Translations under genes and position numbers: made by a program
Notes under the pieces: generated by a model
Databases searched by the model: none
What the model was told of the DNA's origin: nothing
Seen by the model: the letters and a program-made list of their open reading frames with translations, nothing else
Shown here: positions 1-7,607 of the stretch, one piece after another
How positions within the stretch are numbered: the stretch's first letter is position 1
Layout of the letters: every line of letters begins with the position of its first letter
From: Nitrospinaceae bacterium
Lineage (GTDB): Bacteria > Nitrospinota > Nitrospinia > Nitrospinales > Nitrospinaceae
NCBI GenBank assembly: GCA_965223665.1
Contig: OZ245011.1
Span: 2,272,001 to 2,336,000, forward strand
Direction: 5' to 3'
DNA: 64,000 bases

Positions 1-1787
1 TGGATCTCTTCCATGTTCGGATTCAAGTTGTAGTACGCGGCGAGGGAATACACACAACAGTCGAGTGGTTCATTGCGATTACGATGTTGTTTCCAGACTA
101 ACTTGGGAAACCCTTTGTTATATTCAGTGACCCGCTTTTCGGCGGTGAGCCCTAGAAAATATTCCTCATCTATCGGGTTGTTGGTTACTAAATCATGAAA
201 CGGGAAATGAAAATATCCCGGGCCGGGTTCCACAATTTTTAAATGGGAATAGATAACTTCTTTCGCCTGGTCAACGCCGGTGATATAAAGAGTCACTCCT
301 TTTTTGTTTTTCGACTTTGGTCTGCGGACCACAGGAAGGGCTTTGGAACTCATTCCTTTGGTGGCATAGATGCGTTTCAATTCCCGTGACCTGACATAAT
401 CGTAAACCGCTTGGGTGTGGTGGCCACCGGAATCGATCATTACCGAAACAATACGCAATTGAACTCCGTCCTCTGTAGTGAACGTGCGCTCCAGGTGCAT
501 ATCGAGATCTGTCCACAATTCCTTTTTAGCGGGATCACCCGGAATAGCATAATGAGCCAGTAGCCACTTTTCCATCATGAGGCCGTAACCAATGAGCGAA
601 ATTTCCAGGCGATCGTCCTGGACGTCGACACCGGCGGTAATGAGTAACACTTTGCCTGGAACCTTCGGCCCATAATGTTCCCGCCTGGCTAAGAGCGGAC
701 CTTCCTTCACTTCCTCCGCTTTTTCCTTCCACGTTTCTGCCAGCGAAGTGTTGACAAAAACTTTCAGAGTTTCGGGTAGAGGCTTGGCTTTATAGTAATT
801 CGCCACCATTTGCGACCAGGACACCCAAGGGGAATAAATTTCATTAATCCAAAAACCCGCATGGCCTTTGAATTCCGCTTGCGGTTCCCAAAATCCCAAA
901 TTCAACATCCGGATTTTGTCGCCTTCGTAAATTTCACCGTGGCACTTTTCACACAAGTAATAGGCGGTGTTAGGATCTTGATCTTTCCATTTGATTCCAA
1001 AGTCGGCCTCCTTCCCGCCCCAGCGCAATACTTGTTGAAAATTGCATAATGGACAGGGGACTTTAAATAAACGTTGATCTGAATTTTTATAGGAATGATC
1101 AATTCTCGAAAAACCTTCGATTGTTGGGGAGGAAGTTTTTACCTCCTTTTTGTTCCAAAAAGTTGTGGTCCTTTTTGCAGCGATGGTGATGGGATCCCCT
1201 TCGGTACCTGCACTTTCCGGATAGCGGTCAATTTCGTCACAAAATAATAAGCGGATGGGACGCATCGCCAAGGATGCGGCAGAATTGGCGCCGGCCAAAG
1301 TGATATGCCCGCCCGGGAAATCTTTATGGCGGATGGTGTTGGTTGACTCCTTTGACTTTACAATGGAAACCAAATTCTTGAGACAGGGCGTATCCTGAAT
1401 CATTGGAGCCAAACGATCTTTCGAAAAGGCTTCGGCTAATTCCAACGTGGGTTGAACCAAAAGAATTGGACATGGATCCAAAGCGATGGCGTACCCGATG
1501 GGATTCAAAATAAAGGTTTCTGATTTACCGATCTGAGAAGAGGCCATCAAAGTAATTTCGGTAACTTCCGGATCGTTGAACGCATCCATCCACTCGACCT
1601 GGAACGGCGTCCGTGATGTTTTGAATCGGCCCGGCTCACCGCTGGACTTTTTACTGAGAACCCGAAACCTGGTTGCCCACTCGCTAACCGTTAGATTTGG
1701 CGGCGGCTTTAGTTTTCTTGCGTTTCTTAGAAACAGGTTGTTCAGATTCTGCAGAGCTTGTGGTGTTGACTCCCAAGACGGGATCAT
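1..1787 (-). CDS. Phage terminase large subunit, lambda gpA family (3'-truncated by window edge)
   Basis: Translated by hand, not in ORF track: MIPSWESTPQALQNLNNLFLRNARKLKPPPNLTVSEWA...MASSQIGKSE (Walker A)...LAMRPIRLLFCDEIDRYP (Walker B)...TAGVDVQDDRLE...IDSGGHHTQAVY...RNEPLDCCVY; open for 595 codons to position 1. Confidence 0.95.
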   Translation of the reverse strand, partial: MIPSWESTPQALQNLNNLFLRNARKLKPPPNLTVSEWATRFRVLSKKSSGEPGRFKTSRTPFQVEWMDAFNDPEVTEITLMASSQIGKSETFILNPIGYAIALDPCPILLVQPTLELAEAFSKDRLAPMIQDTPCLKNLVSIVKSKESTNTIRHKDFPGGHITLAGANSAASLAMRPIRLLFCDEIDRYPESAGTEGDPITIAAKRTTTFWNKKEVKTSSPTIEGFSRIDHSYKNSDQRLFKVPCPLCNFQQVLRWGGKEADFGIKWKDQDPNTAYYLCEKCHGEIYEGDKIRMLNLGFWEPQAEFKGHAGFWINEIYSPWVSWSQMVANYYKAKPLPETLKVFVNTSLAETWKEKAEEVKEGPLLARREHYGPKVPGKVLLITAGVDVQDDRLEISLIGYGLMMEKWLLAHYAIPGDPAKKELWTDLDMHLERTFTTEDGVQLRIVSVMIDSGGHHTQAVYDYVRSRELKRIYATKGMSSKALPVVRRPKSKNKKGVTLYITGVDQAKEVIYSHLKIVEPGPGYFHFPFHDLVTNNPIDEEYFLGLTAEKRVTEYNKGFPKLVWKQHRNRNEPLDCCVYSLAAYYNLNPNMEEI

Positions 1788-2307
1788 AGTTTTCGAACTC
1801 CTGCAAAGCCTCGTGAATGATTTCGGTATAAACTTTTTGGACCACACCGGGTGGTTGGTGCGCTGCTTCTTGGGCCCCTTTGGAAGGTGCGGATAACAGG
1901 CGTTGGCGAACGGCGGTGACCAGCTTAGACAAAGCAATATCCACATCGTTAAGAGTGACAACCTGACCGGATTGCCTCGCATATTCCAAGTCTGACAAAA
2001 GTCGCTTGGACCTCTCGTGTTTTGCTTTTTCCGTCCAGTAATCCACCGCGGAAGATTCAGATTCCTCATCGATTTCACCATCCAAATCATCCGGTTCAGA
2101 TTCTTGCCCACCCGTGGGCACTTTTCCATAAGTGGGCGCCTGCGTGGGCACTGAAAGTTTTCCCATTTTGTTAAGGACTTTGATTGCTGATTTAGAATTA
2201 ATTTTTCCATTTTTAATTGGTAAAAATTTTTGACTGCACCACTTCGCAACCGTTGATTTACTTACACCAACGAGTTTTGCGAAATCTCTCTGCGATAACA
2301 AAGCCAC
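1684..2307 (-). CDS. Terminase small subunit (Nu1-like)
   Basis: N-terminal winged HTH (LSQRDFAKLVGVSKSTVAKW), coiled coil (AKHERSKRLLSDLEYARQSGQVV); overlaps the start of gpA and lies just downstream of the cos-like site. Confidence 0.85.
   Translation of the reverse strand: MALLSQRDFAKLVGVSKSTVAKWCSQKFLPIKNGKINSKSAIKVLNKMGKLSVPTQAPTYGKVPTGGQESEPDDLDGEIDEESESSAVDYWTEKAKHERSKRLLSDLEYARQSGQVVTLNDVDIALSKLVTAVRQRLLSAPSKGAQEAAHQPPGVVQKVYTEIIHEALQEFENYDPVLGVNTTSSAESEQPVSKKRKKTKAAAKSNG
2105..2150. repeat. Cluster of TGCCCAC/GTGGGCR motifs inside terS
   Basis: tgcccac 2105-2111, gtgggca 2114-2120, gtgggcg 2132-2138, gtgggca 2144-2150; same heptamer as at 2368-2388. Confidence 0.6.
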
Positions 2308-2367
2308 ACAACACCACTACCCATTTCCTTGTTGGATTTTTGTCAGTTGGAGCATCCATTTTTGGGC

Positions 2368-2388
2368 TGCCCACTGCCCACTGCCCAC
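2368..2388. repeat. 3x tandem TGCCCAC; putative terminase-binding (cosB-like) sites
   Basis: tgcccac-tgcccac-tgcccac, about 30 bp downstream (minus strand) of the putative cosN. Confidence 0.65.
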
Positions 2389-2418
2389 GATTTTTCGAAC
2401 GCATTTCCTAGCAAAATT

Positions 2419-2463
2419 CCGCGCTGCCGCGCACCCGTAGGGCGCGACCCCCAGGAAGGACCC
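2419..2463 (-). other. Putative cos site (cosQ + cosN)
   Basis: Minus strand reads GGGTCCT-N16-CTACG|GGTGCGCGGCAG|CGCGG; lambda reads GGGTCCT-N18-TTACG|GGGCGGCGACCT|CGCGG; located immediately upstream of terS. Confidence 0.8.
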
Positions 2464-2497
2464 GTTGAACACTTTGGCGACGACTTGGCCGACACCA

Positions 2498-3031
2498 TCA
2501 ATTACCAAGATGTCTTTTAAGTTCACGATTAAAATTTTCTTTAAAAAATTGGATTGCGTTCACTTGCATCAACCCGATGGCTTTGGGCCGGGAAAATTCC
2601 TTCATAACACCGGGGCCAAAGATGGGCTTCAACGGCAACCGCTTTTTGGTTGTTCTCACTGCCACCCATTTATCATTCACAATAAATGCGTGTTTAAATA
2701 ACCGGCGATTCTTCCAGGGTGAAGCGGTAACACCTTTCTTGGTTTGACGTGCATTCCAGTGAATGATATTCCTTGGTTTCCCTCGCGTCCTAATCATTGA
2801 GGTGAGCCGAGTCCAGGAAGACTTGATCAAAAACATTTCACTGCGAATAAGCTTTTGTTTAATACCGGCCACGGAAGAAATAAAACGGATCACTCTCGTT
2901 TGTACTTTCTTAGCAGTTCTATTCAAAGCCCAGGAAGCGGCCTTCGGAACAACTTCGCGCTCAACACTCGTAAGATATTGTTCCGCTTGTTTAATATCTG
3001 AAATTACATCAATGTCGAAACCAACAGGCAT
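2498..3031 (-). CDS. Phage tail-completion protein, lambda gpZ-like
   Basis: KAASWALNRTAKKVQT...LFKHAFIV...RTTKKRLPLKPIFGPG pattern typical of gpZ-like proteins; adjacent to the packaging module. Confidence 0.7.
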   Translation of the reverse strand: MPVGFDIDVISDIKQAEQYLTSVEREVVPKAASWALNRTAKKVQTRVIRFISSVAGIKQKLIRSEMFLIKSSWTRLTSMIRTRGKPRNIIHWNARQTKKGVTASPWKNRRLFKHAFIVNDKWVAVRTTKKRLPLKPIFGPGVMKEFSRPKAIGLMQVNAIQFFKENFNRELKRHLGN

Positions 3032-3270
3032 AACGATCCAAATAAAATTAACTTACTTAATATTTAGATCCTTTTATATTTTGAAACAAGGGTAAGAGGT
3101 GGGACGGAAGGAGGACCGTAGATTTGGCCTCCCACTCAGGCAAGGAAGGAAAGAAAATGACAAAAAAGTGATTATTTACAATAATTTAAATCAATGCTAC
3201 CATTTGCATCGAATCCAAACATTAATACCTACATATAATTTCTTAAAGTTTATTTTATAAAGGGTAGAAA

Positions 3271-4875
3271 ATGCCATTGCAGTATTGGTTTTTATTAATA
3301 TTCGGAGCTTTAATTATTATTGGAGGTTTTTTTGCCAAAATCAAAGAATCTACTCGAATTGCTTATGTGCTGATTGGAGCCACTTTAGTAATTATTGGTG
3401 CTTTAGGACCAACCATAAAAAAATTAACTTTTTCTTTTACCCAAGGACTAGACCTAGTTCGTTACACCACTCCTGAAAATGAACGTAATCTCATTATTCA
3501 ATATTCCAAAGAAGATCCTTCTAATAAGATAAATGAAAAAGTTAAAAAGGTTATTGAAGAAGCTAGTAATCGCCCAGAATTGAAACGCTCCCCTGAAGAT
3601 TTTCTTGCCTTAGCCACAAAAAATTGGCGAGCTAAAAATTACGACGATGCTTTATATTATGTTTATTCTGGTTTAAGGTTAAACCCTAAGGATATACGAA
3701 CGAGAGCAGCTTTAATTCATCGAAAAGCAAGCATATTCGATGTTGGCCTTAAGCTTTATTCCCAAGCTAATAAAATTTATGAACAAGCCATTAATCTGGA
3801 TCCGAGTTTCTCTTGGCCTCATCTTAATTTAGGAGTTATGTATATAAAGCAGAAAAAATTTAAGGAATCTGAATCAGAATGCCAAAAAGCCTTAAAATTA
3901 CAACCCGATTTTGCTTTAGCTCATAATTGTTTAGGTAATACTTTTTTTGAACAAGGAAAACTGGAAATTGCAGAGTTAGAATACAAGAAAGCCATAGAAC
4001 TAGATCCTAGCCTACCTCTTCCACATATCAATTTAGCAACGTTATATGCTAACCAAGAAAAATTGGACCAAGCGGTCAAAAGATATAAAGATGCTTTAAA
4101 ATTAGAACCCAAAAACCCTTATACACATGCTAAATTGGGCAGCCTTTTTGCCAAAATGGAATTTCCTGGAAAAGCAGAAAATGAATTCCAAAAGTCCATA
4201 AAATTAAACCCAAACAATTCAGACCTGCAAAATAATTTTGGGGTATTTTATGAAAATTCGGGGCAATTTACAAATGCTGAAAAAAAATATAAAGAGGCAA
4301 TTAAATTAAATCCCAAATTTTTCCTGCCTCGAAATAACTTAGGCAATTTATTTCGTAAGCAAAAGCAATTTAAAAAAGCTGAGATGATTTTCAACGAAAC
4401 ACTAAAACTATTTCCTAATAATATTCAACTTCATTGGTCCAGGATTAGATTGTATTCTGCAAAGGGAGATTTTGAAAAAGAAGAAAAAGTATACAAAGAA
4501 TTAATAAAGTTAAAACCCAAAAGTATGATAATCCATAGAAGTTTTGCTAGATTCTACGAGCGACATGAAAAAATTAAACAAGCAGAAATAGAATATAAAA
4601 AAGCAATGGTGTTTAATCCAGATTATCTTTTAAGTTATCGTCCATTAATAGATTTTTATAAAAAGCATGGAAATCTAAAACAAGCAGAGATTGAGTTAAA
4701 AAGAGCAATGAGCTTTGGAACCGAAATTTCTGTTATTAGTGCTCTAATGCATGACGACCTAGGTGATATTTACAAAAAACAAAATAATCCTAAAAAAGCT
4801 GAGGAAGAATTTAAAAAAGCCAAAAAACTAGACCCCGATAATTTTAGATGGGAATTTTCACACATAAAATTTTAA
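3271..4875 (+). CDS. Membrane-anchored TPR-repeat protein (prophage cargo)
   Basis: Two N-terminal hydrophobic helices followed by more than 10 TPR repeats (e.g. AHNCLGNTFFEQGKLEIAELEYKKAIELDP); AT-rich and on the opposite strand to the phage genes. Confidence 0.85.
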   Translation: MPLQYWFLLIFGALIIIGGFFAKIKESTRIAYVLIGATLVIIGALGPTIKKLTFSFTQGLDLVRYTTPENERNLIIQYSKEDPSNKINEKVKKVIEEASNRPELKRSPEDFLALATKNWRAKNYDDALYYVYSGLRLNPKDIRTRAALIHRKASIFDVGLKLYSQANKIYEQAINLDPSFSWPHLNLGVMYIKQKKFKESESECQKALKLQPDFALAHNCLGNTFFEQGKLEIAELEYKKAIELDPSLPLPHINLATLYANQEKLDQAVKRYKDALKLEPKNPYTHAKLGSLFAKMEFPGKAENEFQKSIKLNPNNSDLQNNFGVFYENSGQFTNAEKKYKEAIKLNPKFFLPRNNLGNLFRKQKQFKKAEMIFNETLKLFPNNIQLHWSRIRLYSAKGDFEKEEKVYKELIKLKPKSMIIHRSFARFYERHEKIKQAEIEYKKAMVFNPDYLLSYRPLIDFYKKHGNLKQAEIELKRAMSFGTEISVISALMHDDLGDIYKKQNNPKKAEEEFKKAKKLDPDNFRWEFSHIKF

Positions 4876-4877
4876 AA

Positions 4878-5435
4878 TTATTTTTTTAAAGGCCATAATT
4901 CTTCCACAATAATTTTGGAGGTCATAAGTGAATGGTATTCAGAGGGACGTCGACCAGCAAATGTTCTATTTTTAAATGCAGCATTATTATTTTTTGATTT
5001 CAAAAAATCATTAAAATCCAACTGACTATTTTCCCAATAATTAGGTTCTATTTCTTCCCATGTTTGTTTTGTCGAAACCTTTCCCCAAATTGGTAATTTA
5101 CCATCTAAACCTGCCTGACAAATTTCATTTAAAGCAATTTTAAATTTTGGCGCATCCAATGGTTTGATACTTGAGGTAATGGTTCCCCACTTTCTATCCT
5201 TAATATAAAAAATTACATCTATAATTTGAATATCTCGTTTGATTTTTGGTTCAGGGCACCTTTTTCTAAATGCTAAACATAAAATTGCAAAGAGAAAAAG
5301 AAATACCCCTATTACTCTAACAATCAAACTAGTAATAGGATAATCTGAGTTTTCAATTACAAATGAGCCTATAAATAGTGTTGCGCTTATAGTAAAAATA
5401 ACATTTAAATTTAATTTCCACATAACTTTATTCAT
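4878..5435 (-). CDS. Hypothetical protein with two N-terminal TM helices (prophage cargo)
   Basis: 185-aa ORF with hydrophobic N-terminus; AT-rich; convergent with the TPR gene. Confidence 0.7.
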   Translation of the reverse strand: MNKVMWKLNLNVIFTISATLFIGSFVIENSDYPITSLIVRVIGVFLFLFAILCLAFRKRCPEPKIKRDIQIIDVIFYIKDRKWGTITSSIKPLDAPKFKIALNEICQAGLDGKLPIWGKVSTKQTWEEIEPNYWENSQLDFNDFLKSKNNNAAFKNRTFAGRRPSEYHSLMTSKIIVEELWPLKK

Positions 5436-5499
5436 AAATGGAATTATAAATTAAAAAATTGACTGGGGGAAATATATGTTTCGTATTATGATTTTAATA

Positions 5500-5757
5500 T
5501 TAAATCCCCAATTTTTTTTCTAAATCTCTTTCCCTAGTTCTCTTCATTACAAAATCAAATGATAAAAGATGAAGTCGGTCTCCATGGACCTTTCTTAATT
5601 TGGCAAGAACAATTGGAGCTTTTGGTCCTAGATGTTTAACTATAAATCTATAGGGATGGTTATTTGGAAAGTCATCTTCTCGAATATCAGGTAATTGATT
5701 TTCTCTTTTTTTAATCTCTTTTGACTGATCCATTGCGTTTCCTTTTTCAGTGGTCAT
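5500..5757 (-). CDS. Small phage protein resembling the N-terminal part of Mor/C-family activators (no HTH)
   Basis: IREDDFP..HPYRFIVKHLG....VLAKL...HGDRLHL.SFDFVMKRTRERDL resembles Mor-family N-termini; directly follows the initiator gene. Confidence 0.45.
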   Translation of the reverse strand: MTTEKGNAMDQSKEIKKRENQLPDIREDDFPNNHPYRFIVKHLGPKAPIVLAKLRKVHGDRLHLLSFDFVMKRTRERDLEKKLGI

Positions 5758-5763
5758 TCGGGT

Positions 5764-7065
5764 TCACATTTCTACTTTTTCTAGTTGGTCGAGTATAAAC
5801 TCTACACTTTGGAGGGTGGAATCCACTTCATTTAAAGTTTGCTCGATTAATTCTTGATAATTTTCAGTTAAACAGCGTTCAAAAAATTGGTTGGGAACGG
5901 CAATTAAAAGCTTTGGGCCATCTCGACCGATGGGCCGAATTGGTGTGAACCAGGTATTATAATTTTCTGACAAAATTTCATTTTCGATTTTTACCAAAGC
6001 CTTTTCCCACGTTTTGTAGTCATTTTCTTGAACCGGTTCCCCCATGTATTTTTCTGAACTCTTTTCCTCCAAGTCCGAATTTCGTGCCAAGTTTCCAGAT
6101 ATTCGGGCTGAATTTTCCGGATTTCGTTCTCTTGTTTGCTTCAACAAACTTGTGGCCTTTGGAAGACAATCATTCAAAAACTTGCTGAAAATTGCAAGGT
6201 CTCTAGGTTTCGGTTGGGTTGGATTGTCCAACCAAGAGTTTTTTAAATTAAGAAATTCCCACCACGCCAAGCGTAAAAGTTTTTGGTCGGTCACTCGGTC
6301 GACCAGTTTCAAAGTCCGTTGGATGTCCTTCTCCGAGTCAAACTCAATTTCAAAGCCCTTCACTTTTTTGTGAGACCGCTCTGCAAATTTTAAAAACCAG
6401 TGCACAGGCATGGCGTGGCCGTTTAACCCGGCGTATGGATCCCCTGTGGTTTCTTGGTTTTTGGTCAAATTAATTTTCATGGGTGGAGGTAGAGAATTAT
6501 TTTTTTCTTCTTCTCCCTTCTTTAGATTATTACGTAAGTAATAATCTTCTTTCTTCTTAGGAGGGACATTATCCGGAGTGTGTCCAGACATTTTTTTATC
6601 ATTATCTTTTATTTGTAAGGAGTTACATGATTTGGTTTCTGAAATGTTTTGATTTTGTTTCCGATTCATTTCTGAAACGTTTCCGGTTTGTTTCCGGAAT
6701 GAATCCGAAATGAACTGAGAATCACGTTTTCCTTTCTTGGATTTTTTCGAATATTCATCCCGTTTTTGTAGTAAACCTGGGATTGAAATCGTCAGAATAT
6801 TCCCTTCTAGAATGTAAGAAATCTTTCCCTTATCTTGTAAAAATTTAAAAAACAATTCGAGTTTAGTTTTCTTTCCTCTTAACTCGCTTTGCCATTTAGT
6901 CCAAGACAAAGAAATATGATGCCGGTCGGAATAACGATCCATGTTTTCCCCTACCACTTCTTTTAATAAAGACCATCTAGCGTAACCATCCAAGCCAAAC
7001 TGATCGATCAACTTAGAGCTAAACTCTTCATTGCGTTCACCGCATTCATGCTTAAACCATTTCAT
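5764..7065 (-). CDS. Phage replication initiator with C-terminal DnaA domain I
   Basis: N-term MKWFKH...KLIDQFGLDGYARW..LKE (phage initiator-type wHTH), low-complexity linker with DNA iterons, C-term WEKALVKIENEILSENYNTWFTPI...LLIAVPNQFFERCLTENYQELI (DnaA_N). Confidence 0.8.
   Translation of the reverse strand: MKWFKHECGERNEEFSSKLIDQFGLDGYARWSLLKEVVGENMDRYSDRHHISLSWTKWQSELRGKKTKLELFFKFLQDKGKISYILEGNILTISIPGLLQKRDEYSKKSKKGKRDSQFISDSFRKQTGNVSEMNRKQNQNISETKSCNSLQIKDNDKKMSGHTPDNVPPKKKEDYYLRNNLKKGEEEKNNSLPPPMKINLTKNQETTGDPYAGLNGHAMPVHWFLKFAERSHKKVKGFEIEFDSEKDIQRTLKLVDRVTDQKLLRLAWWEFLNLKNSWLDNPTQPKPRDLAIFSKFLNDCLPKATSLLKQTRERNPENSARISGNLARNSDLEEKSSEKYMGEPVQENDYKTWEKALVKIENEILSENYNTWFTPIRPIGRDGPKLLIAVPNQFFERCLTENYQELIEQTLNEVDSTLQSVEFILDQLEKVEM
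6524..6723. repeat. Putative phage ori: 11-bp periodic iterons plus AT-rich palindrome within the initiator gene
   Basis: From 6636: tttctgaaatg/ttttgattttg/tttccgattca/tttctgaaacg/tttccggtttg/tttccggaatg/aatccgaaatg; inverted repeat AGATTATTAC-gtaa-GTAATAATCT at 6524-6547. Confidence 0.65.
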
Positions 7066-7115
7066 AAATCACCTGATTTAAATAGGAATTTAGGTGGCAA
7101 ATAGACCAGAGAATT

Positions 7116-7141
7116 TCTCCCACGTCTCTCCCACGGGAGAG
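7116..7141. promoter_or_regulatory. Direct repeat/palindrome next to the attachment site (possible integrase arm-type or operator sites)
   Basis: TCTCCCACG at 7116-7124 and 7127-7135 (11-bp period); palindrome CTCTCCC-AC-GGGAGAG at 7126-7141. Confidence 0.45.
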
Positions 7142-7196
7142 CGTGCGATTCTCAATATCAAAAAATCTGTTTGGAGTTTAAAAACAAGGGAAGGAA

Positions 7197-7274
7197 TGGC
7201 GTCCCCAGCGGGATTCGAACCCGCGTCGCCGGCGTGAAAGGCCGGTGTCCTGGGCCTGGCTAGACGATGGGGAC
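7197..7274 (-). tRNA. tRNA-Glu (TTC)
   Basis: GTCCCCATCGTCTAG...CCGGC-CT-TTC-AC-GCCGG...GGTTCGAATCC...GGGGACGCCA; cloverleaf with encoded CCA. Confidence 0.97.
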
Positions 7275-7303
7275 TCCAATTTAAATGTTATTTTGGAAAA
7301 AAA

Positions 7304-7379
7304 TGGTGAGCCGCGAAGGGCTCGAACCTTCGACCCACGCCTTAAAAGGGCGTTGCTCTACCAACTGAGCTAGCGGCCC
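7304..7379 (-). tRNA. tRNA-Lys (TTT)
   Basis: GGGCCGCTAGCTCAGTTGGTAGAGCA-ACGCC-CT-TTT-AA-GGCGT...GGTTCGAGCC...CGGCTCACCA. Confidence 0.97.
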
Positions 7380-7399
7380 ACCAATAATCAAAGTGTTAT

Positions 7400-7428
7400 T
7401 GAATACCAAACTCATTGTATCATGTCAA
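7400..7428 (-). promoter_or_regulatory. Sigma70-type promoter for the tRNA pair
   Basis: Minus strand TTGACA-17 bp-TATTCA about 20 bp upstream of tRNA-Lys. Confidence 0.55.
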
Positions 7429-7607
7429 TTTATTTTATGGACTTGATTTTATTATCTTTGCTCCCTAAAATGACAAATCTATATTAATTTCTTCAAATCG
7501 ACTTCTAAAAAATTGTTTTTTCTTCTTTGCCTACCCCATCAAAGAGCAAATTAGAAAACAATATAAAAAGATTTAATGGTTTAAACATCTTTTAGAATAG
7601 GCTCCTC

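Larger units (their letters stand above)
1..7196 (-). mobile_element. Prophage/phage-like element (one end), lambda-type packaging module, apparently integrated at the tRNA-Glu 3' end; continues beyond the left window edge
   Basis: Terminase large and small subunits, cos-like site, gpZ-like gene and phage initiator lie directly downstream of the tRNA-Glu CCA end; packaging genes are visibly more GC-rich than host genes. The second att copy and the integrase are not in the window. Confidence 0.85.

Noticed and set aside
271-1896. Several short ORFs in the track (271-516, 535-732, 810-1049, 902-1102, 1576-1896), suggesting a fragmented terminase
   Set aside because: They are alternative-frame or antisense shadows; manual translation shows one uninterrupted terL frame from 1787 to the window edge.
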